Source of the DNA: Deinococcales bacterium
GTDB taxonomy: Bacteria > Deinococcota > Deinococci > Deinococcales > JAAFIG01
Reading direction: 5' to 3'
Assembly (NCBI GenBank): GCA_031414595.1
Contig: JANNVX010000033.1
Span: forward strand, 1 to 64,000
Length of the DNA: 64,000 nucleotides
Under the pieces are notes generated by a model. It ran no database searches. It was not told where the DNA came from and saw nothing but the letters and a program-made list of their open reading frames with translations. How positions within the stretch are numbered: the first letter of the stretch is position 1; each line of letters opens with the position of its first letter. Both the position numbers and the translations under genes were made by a program. Shown in pieces: positions 36,192-46,246 of this stretch.

Positions 36192-36677
36192 ATGTGGATT
36201 TCAACCAAAGCTCAGTACGGACTTCGCGCCCTTGTCGAAATTGCCAATGCAGACGGTCAATCTGTGGCATTAAAATACGTTGCCGAACGCCAAGACATAA
36301 GCCAGCATTACCTAGAACAGATTGCTTCTAATTTGCGCCGTGCTGGTTTTATTCGCAGTGTCCGTGGTGCTTTTGGTGGCTATAAACTGGCTCGAGCGCC
36401 CGAATTGATCTCTGCCCTTGAAGTGGTTGAAGTGATGGAAGGCAGTATTGCTCCGGTTTCTTGTATCGAGGACTCGAGCAGTTGCAGCCATGCAAATTCT
36501 TGCGGCACAGAAAGCCTTTGGCGGCGCGTGGACAGTGCCATCCGCGATGTCTTGGGCAATGCCACCCTCAAAGACCTGATGCTCGAGGCTCAGATGATAG
36601 ATGCCACCAGCAAAGCTCGATTACTGGCAAACCCCGCCACCCAAAGCGGAATCGCCTTGCCAATGGCAGGGGATTAA
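36192..36677 (+). CDS. iscR: Rrf2 family regulator, IscR-like
   Basis: STKAQYGLRAL, YLEQI, SVRGAFGGY, three Cys (C..C..C); upstream of cysteine desulfurase. Confidence 0.78.
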   Translation: MWISTKAQYGLRALVEIANADGQSVALKYVAERQDISQHYLEQIASNLRRAGFIRSVRGAFGGYKLARAPELISALEVVEVMEGSIAPVSCIEDSSSCSHANSCGTESLWRRVDSAIRDVLGNATLKDLMLEAQMIDATSKARLLANPATQSGIALPMAGD

Positions 36678-36715
36678 GAGCAATAAAGTAGGGGTTTCCC
36701 CTGTCTAAGTCTTTT

Positions 36716-37849
36716 ATGCGTGTTTATTTAGATTTTGCAGCCACCACGCCACTTGACCCAGATGTCGAAGTGCAGATGCGACCATACCAATTTTTATTGG
36801 GCAATGCCTCGAGTGTCCATCGGGAGGGTTCGGCAGCTAAAGAAGCACTCGAGGCAGCACGAGAACGGCTTTCTCGAGTGCTTGGGGTGCTGAGTCAGGA
36901 ATTGGTCTTTACTTCGGGTGGGACAGAAGCCAATAATCAAGTTTTATTTTCGGTGATGCTTACAGGTGGGCATATTGTCACCACGGCGGTAGAACACAGT
37001 GCGATTCTTGCGCCGCTCCGGGCTTTGGTAAATATGGGTCGGGTTACAGCCACAATTCTTAGCCCAGACGAATTTGGCATGGTCAGTGCGGCTCAGGTAC
37101 GCCAAGCAATTACTCCCGAGACTAAACTGATTTCTGTGCAGCATGTCAATAACGAATTAGGGACGATTCAACCGCTTGGCGAAATTGGGCGGATAGCCAA
37201 AGAATTTAAGATTCCTTTTCATGTGGATGCGGTGCAGAGCCTTGGGCATGTGCCGCTTGATGTCAAGGACTTGGGTTGTGATTTACTATCGGTGGCTGCC
37301 CACAAGTTTTATGGACCCAAAGGGATTGGAGCGCTGTGGGTCTCAAGGGAACTCGAGAAGCACGGATTTGTCCTCTCACCTATTTTGTATGGCGGACAGC
37401 AAGAACGTGGTTTTCGTGGCGGAACTCAAGATGTTCCCGCGATTGTTGGCATGGGTTTAGCTGCCGAAAAAGCGGCTGCATTGCAAGAATCTGAATCTGC
37501 ACGGCTCGAGCCAATGCGCGATTGGTTGGCGGGGGAACTGACCAGTATTGATGGGGTAAGCCTAAATGGGCATCCGACCAAGCGCAGTCCAAGACACATC
37601 AATATTACCGCCGCAGGAGCAGATGGCGAAGCGCTTTTAATGAACCTTGACCTTGAAGGAGTGGCTGCCAGTTCTGGCAGTGCCTGCAGTTCTGGGACGC
37701 TCGAGCCGAGCCATGTACTGCTGGCAATTGGCAAAAGTAAAAGTGATGCTCGAGCCAGTTTGCGGTTCTCGCTTGGGCGCAGCAGCACCCAGAATGACCT
37801 CGAGTTTGCAGTTGGGGCGTTCAAAAAAGCCTTGAAACGCTCAAGGTAA
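36716..37849 (+). CDS. iscS: Cysteine desulfurase (NifS/IscS family)
   Basis: YLDFAATTP, TSGGTEANN, HKFYGPKG, SSGSACSS. Confidence 0.9.
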   Translation: MRVYLDFAATTPLDPDVEVQMRPYQFLLGNASSVHREGSAAKEALEAARERLSRVLGVLSQELVFTSGGTEANNQVLFSVMLTGGHIVTTAVEHSAILAPLRALVNMGRVTATILSPDEFGMVSAAQVRQAITPETKLISVQHVNNELGTIQPLGEIGRIAKEFKIPFHVDAVQSLGHVPLDVKDLGCDLLSVAAHKFYGPKGIGALWVSRELEKHGFVLSPILYGGQQERGFRGGTQDVPAIVGMGLAAEKAAALQESESARLEPMRDWLAGELTSIDGVSLNGHPTKRSPRHINITAAGADGEALLMNLDLEGVAASSGSACSSGTLEPSHVLLAIGKSKSDARASLRFSLGRSSTQNDLEFAVGAFKKALKRSR

Positions 37850-37915
37850 TGTTAAGTTATTGGTCTGGCTGTGAGAAGTTGTGGTATCCTCGAGTAGGTA
37901 AACAGGAAAAATCCT

Positions 37916-39382
37916 ATGAAAAGTAATCCTTTGCTGCCTTTGATTGCCTTGTTGCTGCTTGGATACGGTGGATTCACCTTGTATCAGCGTGGTCAGTTGA
38001 ACTTACCGGGTTTACCGCCGCGAACAACCTCGAGTAATGCGCCTAGCACACCGACTACACCCACCGCGCCGCCAGTCACTACGCCAACCACGCCAGTCAC
38101 TACGCTAACCACGCCGCCAGCCAATACCACCTCGCTCGAGATTGAACCAGCCTTGTTTGTGCGGGCAGAATTAAAAACCTTGTTCGATTTTTACAATAAA
38201 AAGGATTGGGCGAATTTACTGACCAGTTCTGACACCTACCGTCGTAAAAACCCAACCGATGCCATGGCGGGTTTGCTGCGTGAAGAAGCAATTCTAAAAC
38301 TCGCCAAGTCCGACAACTACCGAATTGGTGTTTCTGCGCCATTAACAGGCTCGTTACGTCAAGTTGGCGAGGCTTTTTTACAAGGTGTCTATTTGGCAGT
38401 CAAAGAAGTCAACGACGATGGTGGTTTTTTACGTAACCAAAAAGGCGATAAAAACAAAATCAGTGTGCGAATCCTCAACGACGCAGGAGACCGCACCACC
38501 GCCATTAAAGTGGCTTCGGAAATGATTAACGATCAGTACATTTGGGGCGTAGTGGGTCCGTACTCGAGCAGTACGCTGCTTGCCAGTGCGCCGATTTACA
38601 ATGCGGCTTCGCCAGGAACACCGATTATTGCCCCAGCCGCCACCAACCCTAAAATTACCACTGCTGGCAGAATGATTTACCGCGTTGCACCGTCAGACAG
38701 CACCCAAGGCGCGGCGTTAGCCCGCCTTGTCAAGTCTCGAGGTGCAAACAGTGTGGCGGTCTTATTTGACGAAAATGATGCCTATTCTTTGGGGTTAGCC
38801 CAGACTTTCAAAGCCGAAGCCGGAAAGATTGGTTTGACCACTTCCGATATTCCTTTTGTGCTAAATTCAATCACCCAAGCCAAGGTCGGTAATTTTGCAG
38901 TGGACGCGATTTTTGTTTCTGGCTATACTGCCGATGTTGCAGCCGCCGCACGGGTCGAAAAGCCTTTTAATAAACCAATTTATGCAGGCGACGGGGCATA
39001 TGGACAAGACCTAATTGCCCAAGGTGGCTCGAGTGTCAACGGGGTGATTGTCACCAGTTTTTGGCACAGCACCCTGACCGATAAGAACTCGGTGCGTTTT
39101 ACCAAGCGTTTTCAGAATTTATTTGGTGGTGGCACACCAAACGCCAACGCCATGCAAGCCTACGATGCGACTCGAGCCATGATTGAAGCCATGCGGCGAA
39201 TGCGAGCCAAGCCCGAAAATGGCGAAGGAATGCGCCTTGCCCTCGAGACTCTGCGCTCTAAACCCATAGACGGGATTACTTCACCGATTCGGTTTGACAT
39301 CAACGGCGATATGAATGACCGCCCGTGGGTGGCAATAGCTATCGAAAATGGGAAATTCAAAGCCGTGGGGTATGCCAAATAA
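37916..39382 (+). CDS. LivJ/K-type periplasmic binding protein with membrane anchor and Pro/Thr linker
   Basis: RIGVSAPLTG, VVGPYSS, YRVAPSDSTQG, AYDA; N-terminal TM then PT-rich tract. Confidence 0.8.
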   Translation: MKSNPLLPLIALLLLGYGGFTLYQRGQLNLPGLPPRTTSSNAPSTPTTPTAPPVTTPTTPVTTLTTPPANTTSLEIEPALFVRAELKTLFDFYNKKDWANLLTSSDTYRRKNPTDAMAGLLREEAILKLAKSDNYRIGVSAPLTGSLRQVGEAFLQGVYLAVKEVNDDGGFLRNQKGDKNKISVRILNDAGDRTTAIKVASEMINDQYIWGVVGPYSSSTLLASAPIYNAASPGTPIIAPAATNPKITTAGRMIYRVAPSDSTQGAALARLVKSRGANSVAVLFDENDAYSLGLAQTFKAEAGKIGLTTSDIPFVLNSITQAKVGNFAVDAIFVSGYTADVAAAARVEKPFNKPIYAGDGAYGQDLIAQGGSSVNGVIVTSFWHSTLTDKNSVRFTKRFQNLFGGGTPNANAMQAYDATRAMIEAMRRMRAKPENGEGMRLALETLRSKPIDGITSPIRFDINGDMNDRPWVAIAIENGKFKAVGYAK

Positions 39383-39421
39383 GCGTGATGGGTTACGCCA
39401 AATAGGGTATACTCCGTCCGC

Positions 39422-40429
39422 ATGAAACGGGTTTTTAGTGGCATTCAACCAACTGGCGAGATTCACATTGGCAATTATCTTGGGGCAATTCGCAATTGGG
39501 TAAAAATTGGTGAGCAGATTGGTAAAGAAGCCATTTTTTGCATTGTGGATTATCATGCCATCACCATTCCACATGATGCGGTCAATTTAGGGCGTTTAAC
39601 CTTCGAGGCAGCCCTAGCAAATATGGCGGCTGGGCTTGACCCGAATAAAATTACGCTTTTTGCCCAGTCGCATGTGCGTGAACATGTTGAACTCGGTTGG
39701 GTTTTTACCACCCAAACTCCTTTGGGCGACCTCGAGCGGATGACCCAATTCAAGGATAAGTCCGAACAGCACAGTATTTTGTCTGGCTTACTGATGTATC
39801 CAGTGCTGCAAGCCGCCGATATTCTCTTGTATAAAGCCGATACTGTTCCCGTTGGCGAGGATCAAATTCAGCACATCGAACTGACCCGAGAAATTGCACG
39901 GCGTTTTAATTACCGTTTTGCCCCAGACAAACCAATTTTCCCAGAACCAAAAGCCAGTATTGACCAGAATGCGGCTCGAGTTCCGGGTTTAGATGGCGCG
40001 GGTAAAATGAGTAAGTCCAAAAACAACACAATTGGGGTTCTCGAGCCAAAAGAGACGATTTGGCAAAATATCCGAGTTGCCCCAACTGACCCACAACGGG
40101 TACGCCGCAACGACCCCGGCAACCCAGAAGTTTGCGTCATTTTTGCTTACCATAAGCTCTTCTCGAGTTTAGAAAGCATCGAAATGGTGGACACCGAATG
40201 CCGCAGGGCTGGGATTGGTTGTGTAGACTGCAAAAAACTTTTGATGGAAGGCATTTGGGCGACCTTAGAACCGATTCAAGCCAAAGCCGCCTATTTACGC
40301 CAGCATCCGTCGGAAGTGACCGATGCACTGGTGTCTGGGGCGGATTATTGCCGTGCGATTGCCCAAGAAACCATGTCGGAGGTTCGTGAAGCGATTGGGC
40401 TGCTTGGTTTGGACAGCCGCAACCCATGA
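39422..40429 (+). CDS. trpS: Tryptophan--tRNA ligase
   Basis: SGIQPTG, HIGN, VPVGEDQ, KMSKS. Confidence 0.96.
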   Translation: MKRVFSGIQPTGEIHIGNYLGAIRNWVKIGEQIGKEAIFCIVDYHAITIPHDAVNLGRLTFEAALANMAAGLDPNKITLFAQSHVREHVELGWVFTTQTPLGDLERMTQFKDKSEQHSILSGLLMYPVLQAADILLYKADTVPVGEDQIQHIELTREIARRFNYRFAPDKPIFPEPKASIDQNAARVPGLDGAGKMSKSKNNTIGVLEPKETIWQNIRVAPTDPQRVRRNDPGNPEVCVIFAYHKLFSSLESIEMVDTECRRAGIGCVDCKKLLMEGIWATLEPIQAKAAYLRQHPSEVTDALVSGADYCRAIAQETMSEVREAIGLLGLDSRNP

Positions 40430-41151
40430 TTTTTGAAACCACCTTTGTGGCGCGTTTTGCTGGCTTTGAAGGCACACTGCCCGAGCTTGCCGCTGCCCTG
40501 CGCTCCGAACATATTCTGCCCAGTGCCGTGCCTCTGCTCGAGTTGACTCGAGCCGTGCTGCTGCGTTACACCCAAGTCAAGGCGGTTTTACCACCCGATG
40601 AAGCGCTTGAACTGGCTTCGGAGGCATTGCCGCATTTGTCTGGGGTGATTGAATTAAAAGCGCGGTTGTTATTGCCAAAAGCCCCTCGGGTCATTCTCGA
40701 GGATGATGCCGACAGCGCCGACAGCAGCCTTGAAGATGTGCTTGAAGGGGTGCAAGCCCTTGCCAAACTTGAGGGGGCAATTTCTTTTCTAAAAGACCAA
40801 CGGGCTTGCCAGTCTTTGGTGATGCTGCCCCGTGTTCCCGAGATTCGTTTGCCACGCAAGTCCAAACCAGTCTCGAGTGGACTTGGAGCGCTTTTAGAAG
40901 CTGCCAGACGACGCATCCGTGCTATAGATTTTTTGGACTTGGCATTCGAGCGCCTGACCATGCCGCTTGCTTTGGCTAGAATTCGCCAGTTTGGAGCTTT
41001 GGTGAAGAACTTTTTTTTTCATCAAGTCCCTGCCGAGGATTGGGGTGAACGCACCGTTTTATTTTCGGCACTGCTGGAAGGGGTGCGTGACGGAACTTTT
41101 GAAGCTGTCCAAGAAGTGGCGTATAGCGAGATTGACGTGCGGTGCGTCTAG
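40426..41151 (+). CDS. scpA: Segregation and condensation protein A
   Basis: FEGTL, IELKARLLLP, FSALLE..Q...YSEI kleisin termini. Confidence 0.8.
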   Translation: MIFETTFVARFAGFEGTLPELAAALRSEHILPSAVPLLELTRAVLLRYTQVKAVLPPDEALELASEALPHLSGVIELKARLLLPKAPRVILEDDADSADSSLEDVLEGVQALAKLEGAISFLKDQRACQSLVMLPRVPEIRLPRKSKPVSSGLGALLEAARRRIRAIDFLDLAFERLTMPLALARIRQFGALVKNFFFHQVPAEDWGERTVLFSALLEGVRDGTFEAVQEVAYSEIDVRCV

Positions 41152-41219
41152 CCCTAACGGGTTTTTACACAGTCGCAGACACCAAAAGATGTTACGATAA
41201 GTTTTAGTTCGGTGATTTT

Positions 41220-43643
41220 TTGATTGACTCTTTTTACCCTGTTCTTGATGCACTTGGCGAAGCGGCTTTGCTGACCGATGCCGAGTTGAACTTGGTGATG
41301 CTCAATACGGCGGCTGAATCTTTGTACGAAGTTAGTCACCGCAAAATGTTGGGACGTAAATTGGTGGATTTAATCGGCTCGAGTGTCAGCGCTTCTCAAG
41401 ATGAAGGTTGGGCAACGGTTTTAAGCGGTGATGTCTGGCGCGGGGTGGTTTGGCATCAAAAACCAAATCGGCAACGTTTCAGGGCAGAGGTCAGTGTTCG
41501 GGCTGTGTTTGATAATAACAATGCGCTTGAGGGCATTATTGCGATTATCAAAGATGTCACCGAGCGCGAAGCCGAACTGATTAGACAACGTATTTTAAGC
41601 CGCTCTTTGCGTGCCATTGGTGATGCCACCACCAGCGACGATTTGTATCAAGTGATGCTCGAAGCCTTAACTTTAGATAATGGGGCTGACGGTGCGGTTT
41701 TCCGGATTAAAGAAAACAATGGCTACCGAATTTTAGCTGTTTCTGGGGTCAATAAAGAACTGCTTGAACCAATTCGGATAGGCGATTTCACCGAAGAAGA
41801 ACCAGCTTTTTTGCGTGGTGAAACCGTCAGGGTTGTTTTTGCCGAACCCCGAATTCATCGTAAATACAAACTGATCGAAAGCCTTGGTTTCCGCGAAGCT
41901 CATCTGGTTGGTCAACGGGTGGCGGGTGAGTTAATTGGCAGTATTGCCCTGATTTACCGCTCAGCCCCTTGGGTAGATTTACGTCCTATTTTGCCAGAAG
42001 TGGCGGCGGCGCTTGGCGCAAGACTCGAGCGTGAACGCACCCATATGCGTTTAGAGCGCGAACGGGCAGCTTTAGAAGCTCTCGCCCAAGTTTCGATGGT
42101 TATGCGTCAAGCCCAAACCCAACAAGAACTTTACCGAATCTCGACTGAATTTGCCTTAAAAGCCACCCATGCCTCGAGTGCCTCGGTGCTGCTTGCAAAT
42201 CCGGACCGCTCACAAATGCGTCCCGCTTGGTGCAGTGGCATGTTAGCTGAAGAAACGATTCATCTGACGCTGACCAGAGAACGCGGCTTGTCTTGGCGGG
42301 TGCTTGATACTGGACAACCACGGGTCGAAGAATTCGCGGCGCAACTGCCCGAGGCGTACACTATGCGTACTTTAGCGCAAGGGGCGTACATTGGTGCGCC
42401 AATCCGTCAAGATACAAGCACCCAAGTTATCGGGGTTTTATGTGCTGATACTTTAGGCGATAGAGACCGGTTACTACCCGTGGATTTAGATATTTTAATC
42501 GCCATTGCCGAAGCCTTATCCAGTGCTTTGGTTCGTTTGGAAGCGCTACAAACCGCCCAGCAACGCGCCGATGCCTTTGCAAAACTGGCACAACTTTCCA
42601 GCGACCTCGAACAACTCGATGATGAACAAGCCATTGCCACCCTAGGAATGCAAACCTTACTTGATTTAACGGGTTTAGAAGCGGCGGTCTATTTTGCCCT
42701 AGATGGCGAAATGGTCAGACCACTGGCAGTCTTGGGGGAAGTGCCAGAAGGGTTTTTATTGTACCGCCAGAACATGCCAGTATCGGCGCAAGGTATTTTT
42801 AATTCTGCGATTATGTCTGGTCAAATGGTCTTACTGAGCGACTACCAAGTATTAGCCGATGCCAAACCAGAGTTGCAAAAATTTGGTTTTCGCACAGGTT
42901 TACTAGCCCCTGTTCACTTGGGTGGTCGGGTTCGGGCTTTTTTAAGTGCCGCTAGTTTTTCTCATCCCATGCCTTTTCCTGCCAACACCCGCGAAATTGC
43001 CGAATTTATTGCGGGGCGTTTAACCCGTGCGATGGAACGTGCCGAGGCGATTCAGGAAGTGCTGAACACCCGAGCGCAGACTTTTAGAACCCTAGGACTT
43101 GCCCTCGAGATGCGCGACTTTGAAACCAAAGGTCATACTGACAGGGTTTTAGAACTCGCCATGCGCTTTGGTAGGGCGCTGCATCTCGAGGAGAACCAAC
43201 TCCAAGCCCTAGAATGGGGTGCTTTGCTGCACGACATTGGTAAGGTGGCTGTGCCAGACCATGTGCTGCTCAAACCCGGTCAACTTTCGCCGGACGAATG
43301 GCTTTGGATTCGTCAACACCCAACCATCGGTTTTCAAATGCTCCAAGGCTTAGAATTCTTACCCAAAGCCACCTTGGATATTGTCTTGTACCATCAAGAA
43401 CGCACCGATGGCAGTGGCTATCCCGAATGCTTAAGGTTGGAGCAGATACCATATTTAGCCCGTTTATTTGCGGTGGTGGATGTCTTTGATGCCCTGACCA
43501 GCGAACGTCCATATAAAAACGCATGGACAACCCAAGCCGCGATTCTCGAGTTACAACGCCAAGCAGGGAGTACCCTTGATGCCCTGTTGGTGGATGTTTT
43601 TTTGCAAACCCTAAACGAAACCAGCTTACTCAGTCTTGTCTGA
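41220..43643 (+). CDS. PAS/GAF-HD-GYP cyclic dinucleotide phosphodiesterase
   Basis: N-terminal PAS/PAC, several GAF-like segments, HDIGK, HQERTDGSGYP, RPYK. Confidence 0.9.
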   Translation: MIDSFYPVLDALGEAALLTDAELNLVMLNTAAESLYEVSHRKMLGRKLVDLIGSSVSASQDEGWATVLSGDVWRGVVWHQKPNRQRFRAEVSVRAVFDNNNALEGIIAIIKDVTEREAELIRQRILSRSLRAIGDATTSDDLYQVMLEALTLDNGADGAVFRIKENNGYRILAVSGVNKELLEPIRIGDFTEEEPAFLRGETVRVVFAEPRIHRKYKLIESLGFREAHLVGQRVAGELIGSIALIYRSAPWVDLRPILPEVAAALGARLERERTHMRLERERAALEALAQVSMVMRQAQTQQELYRISTEFALKATHASSASVLLANPDRSQMRPAWCSGMLAEETIHLTLTRERGLSWRVLDTGQPRVEEFAAQLPEAYTMRTLAQGAYIGAPIRQDTSTQVIGVLCADTLGDRDRLLPVDLDILIAIAEALSSALVRLEALQTAQQRADAFAKLAQLSSDLEQLDDEQAIATLGMQTLLDLTGLEAAVYFALDGEMVRPLAVLGEVPEGFLLYRQNMPVSAQGIFNSAIMSGQMVLLSDYQVLADAKPELQKFGFRTGLLAPVHLGGRVRAFLSAASFSHPMPFPANTREIAEFIAGRLTRAMERAEAIQEVLNTRAQTFRTLGLALEMRDFETKGHTDRVLELAMRFGRALHLEENQLQALEWGALLHDIGKVAVPDHVLLKPGQLSPDEWLWIRQHPTIGFQMLQGLEFLPKATLDIVLYHQERTDGSGYPECLRLEQIPYLARLFAVVDVFDALTSERPYKNAWTTQAAILELQRQAGSTLDALLVDVFLQTLNETSLLSLV

Positions 43644-43646
43644 CCA

Positions 43647-43839
43647 AGGATTTGTCCGTAAATAACTTCCCTATTTGGAAATGATGAAACATTGTTTCCT
43701 AGCAGGACAGACACAGGGGTCTGTCCCTACAAAATCCATAAAAATACGTTAGGTAGGGGCGGACCCCCGTGTCCGCCCTGTGACCAATTGTCTGTTTTTG
43801 GTCTATTTGAAATCAGGAAGTTATTCTTGGACAGTTCCT
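43647..43839. repeat. MITE/REPIN-like element, copy B (complete, 193 bp)
   Basis: Imperfect 24-bp terminal inverted repeats (AGGATTTGTCCGTAAATAACTTCC / GGAAGTTATTCTTGGACAGTTCCT) enclosing two GTAG REP hairpins. Confidence 0.85.
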
Positions 43840-43897
43840 AAGAAGCGGTCAAACTGTCACTTTAGCCGTCCCTGCTCCTTCTTAACTCTTAAACTTC

Positions 43898-44788
43898 TTA
43901 ATAACATTTCCCATTGCCACCATCTTTGAAATCCGAGCCTTTGGCTGCCAAAAACTCCCAACTGTACCCATTTGGCTCGAGAACAAATTTGCTTACGCCT
44001 AGGCTCGAGTTTTGCTTGACTTGGCTGTGCGGGTGCGGGTTGGTAAAAGCGTATAAACTACGTCCACCCGTACCAATCACAAAAGAACGAATCCCTTTGA
44101 GGTCAGGTTTTCCATTCGCGCCTAGCGGTGCAAAGCGTTCATAGGTATGGTCATGTCCAGCCAGAACAAGTTCTACACCAGCTTTTGCCAGTACCGCCCA
44201 AATATCCTGCATAAAGGGCGTGTTGCCATGTCGTCCACTCGAGAACCGAGGGTGATGCCAGTACGCCAAGCTGCACTGACTTGGGTTGGTCAGCAGCGTT
44301 TGTCTTAACCATTTGACTTGAGGGCTGTTAGAATCGCAGCCGCCAATGTAATTACAATTGCTGTTCAGAGCATAAACCCGCCAGTTGCCAAGTTTATAGG
44401 TGTAATAGCCAAGTTTAGGGTTTCCTGCTCGAGTACCAAAATACTTGTAGTAGCCGCTTGCATTTGGGGTGTAATACTCATGGTTGCCGGGGGATGGATA
44501 AGTTATATCCTTAAATTGCCCATAAGCTGCGTCATAGCACTTAAATTCTTCATCCGTGCCGCGTTCATAAGCTATATCGCCAAGTATTGCCAGTTTGCTG
44601 TTTGGGTGCTTCCCCAGTTCTTTTTGAATAATTCCCGCCGTGACAAATGCCCCAAGATTGCCGCAAGTGGCAATGTCGCCAACCGCCAGTAAAGTCGGAC
44701 TCGAGGCAGACAAACTCACCACGCTCAAGACAGACAAACTCAAGGCGCTTACGATAATCACGAGGCTTAGAATCAAAGGCTTTTGCAT
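43898..44788 (-). CDS. Secreted metallophosphoesterase (purple acid phosphatase-like)
   Basis: Signal peptide, VGDIA, LGDIAY, PGNHEY, WHHP, GHDH. Confidence 0.88.
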   Translation of the reverse strand: MQKPLILSLVIIVSALSLSVLSVVSLSASSPTLLAVGDIATCGNLGAFVTAGIIQKELGKHPNSKLAILGDIAYERGTDEEFKCYDAAYGQFKDITYPSPGNHEYYTPNASGYYKYFGTRAGNPKLGYYTYKLGNWRVYALNSNCNYIGGCDSNSPQVKWLRQTLLTNPSQCSLAYWHHPRFSSGRHGNTPFMQDIWAVLAKAGVELVLAGHDHTYERFAPLGANGKPDLKGIRSFVIGTGGRSLYAFTNPHPHSQVKQNSSLGVSKFVLEPNGYSWEFLAAKGSDFKDGGNGKCY

Positions 44789-44818
44789 TGTTCTCGAGTA
44801 TACGCATAGAATTGTCAG

Positions 44819-45763
44819 ATGCAAATTTTGATGCCCGATTCTGTGCCGTTGTCCCTCGAGAATTTTCCGCTTGAAGTGGTTCGTTTTGGTTCTCAAGATG
44901 ATTTAACCGCTCTGAATACCGATGCGCTGATTGTTTGGGGTTTTTCCAAAAAGATTCTCGAGCCATTGTTGCAAATGCCAAATCTAAAGTATATTCAGAC
45001 CCTCTCGGCGGGGGTAGATCATGTGCTGAATATGTCACCTCGAGACGAAATCCTGATTTCTAACGGTAAGGGTCTGCACGATGCCCCCACCGCAGAATTG
45101 GCGGTCAGTTTATTGCTGGCTGGCGTGCGCCGTTTGCATCATTTCCGCGATTCCCAAAAACAAGTTTCTTGGGATAGAGGCGCGTACCAACACGCCCTAA
45201 GCAGCAGGCACTTTCTGACCCTCGAGTCCGCCAAAGTCCTGATTGTTGGTTTTGGCAGCATCGGCTTAGCCATTGCCCAACGCCTCAGCCCATTTGGTTG
45301 TGATATGGAAGGGGTTGCCCGTTCAAGCGGCTTACGAGGCGGCTACACGGTGCATTCACTGGATAACATAGACAACCTCCTACCCGATTTTGACGCGGTG
45401 ATTCTGGTCTTGCCAGACACCCCAGACACCCACGGTTTTTTCTCGAGTGACCGCCTAGCAAAAATGAAAAAAGGCGCATGGCTGGTCAATGTCGGACGCG
45501 GCAGTGCGATTACCGAACCGGATTTAATTGCCGCCCTCGAGTCTGGGCATTTAAGTGGTGCAGCCCTCGATGTCACCCAAACCGAACCTCTGCCCGAAGA
45601 TTCACCTTTGTGGAAACTCGAAAACCTGATTTTAACGCCGCACATTGCCGGCGGAGGACCTAATTTTTACCGCAAAGCTGTAAGTCTACTGCGTCGCAAT
45701 GCCGAGAATTTTGTGTCTGGCGCACCGCTCGAGAATCTGGTGGATAGGGAAAAAGGGTATTAA
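44819..45763 (+). CDS. D-isomer-specific 2-hydroxyacid dehydrogenase
   Basis: SAGVD, VGFGSIG, NVGRG, ALDV, TPHIAG. Confidence 0.9.
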   Translation: MQILMPDSVPLSLENFPLEVVRFGSQDDLTALNTDALIVWGFSKKILEPLLQMPNLKYIQTLSAGVDHVLNMSPRDEILISNGKGLHDAPTAELAVSLLLAGVRRLHHFRDSQKQVSWDRGAYQHALSSRHFLTLESAKVLIVGFGSIGLAIAQRLSPFGCDMEGVARSSGLRGGYTVHSLDNIDNLLPDFDAVILVLPDTPDTHGFFSSDRLAKMKKGAWLVNVGRGSAITEPDLIAALESGHLSGAALDVTQTEPLPEDSPLWKLENLILTPHIAGGGPNFYRKAVSLLRRNAENFVSGAPLENLVDREKGY

Positions 45764-45996
45764 AGAATTGGCATTTAATAACTTCCCGATTTCAAATTCA
45801 TAACCATACAATCAGTTACAGGGAGGACACGGGGGTCCTCCCCTACGGGTGAATTGTGTATGAGGCAGAACACCCGTAGGGACAGGCGACCATGCCCGTC
45901 AGGTGCATCTTATGGTCAAGAAACCCCTGTGTCTGTCCTGCTTAGAGATAATTGTGTATTGTTCCCAAATCGGGAACTTTTCTCTGGACAAATCCT
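45763..45996. repeat. MITE/REPIN-like element, copy C (reverse orientation, diverged, with internal insertion)
   Basis: Ends AATAACTTCCCGATTTCAAAT and GGACAAATCCT match copy B; GTAG hairpins present. Confidence 0.78.
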
Positions 45997-46047
45997 AAAG
46001 GCGAAGGTTGTTTACTTTTGCCCTTTGCCTAAGCTGTTTAGCTTAGC

Positions 46048-46076
46048 TTGCACAATTGTGTTTGGCTTAGTACACT
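46048..46076 (+). promoter_or_regulatory. Sigma70-type promoter of small ORF
   Basis: TTGCAC-17 nt-TACACT. Confidence 0.65.
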
Positions 46077-46133
46077 TGGCGTACTCAAATCTGCCTAGCC
46101 CAATCTGGGGCAGAAAATCCAAAAGGAGCGTGA

Positions 46134-46229
46134 ATGCACATGGTCAACAATTTATTCATCCAACCCAGCGCACTCAAGGCTCGAGGTTTTCGTCTGTCCA
46201 CCGATTTTGTTTTTGCCGAACCCATCTAA
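46134..46229 (+). CDS. Small hypothetical protein, 31 aa (MHMVNNLFIQPSALKARGFRLSTDFVFAEPI)
   Basis: SD AAAAGGAG, own promoter and terminator; below ORF-track cutoff. Confidence 0.5.
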   Translation: MHMVNNLFIQPSALKARGFRLSTDFVFAEPI

Positions 46230-46246
46230 GTGTTTACTTATAGATG

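Noticed and set aside
36687-36703. GTAGGGGTTTCCCCTG mini-hairpin as a REP
   Set aside because: Too short to distinguish from chance
45854-46243. 129-aa ORF
   Set aside because: TTG start inside the repeat element; runs through a promoter; no protein-like features
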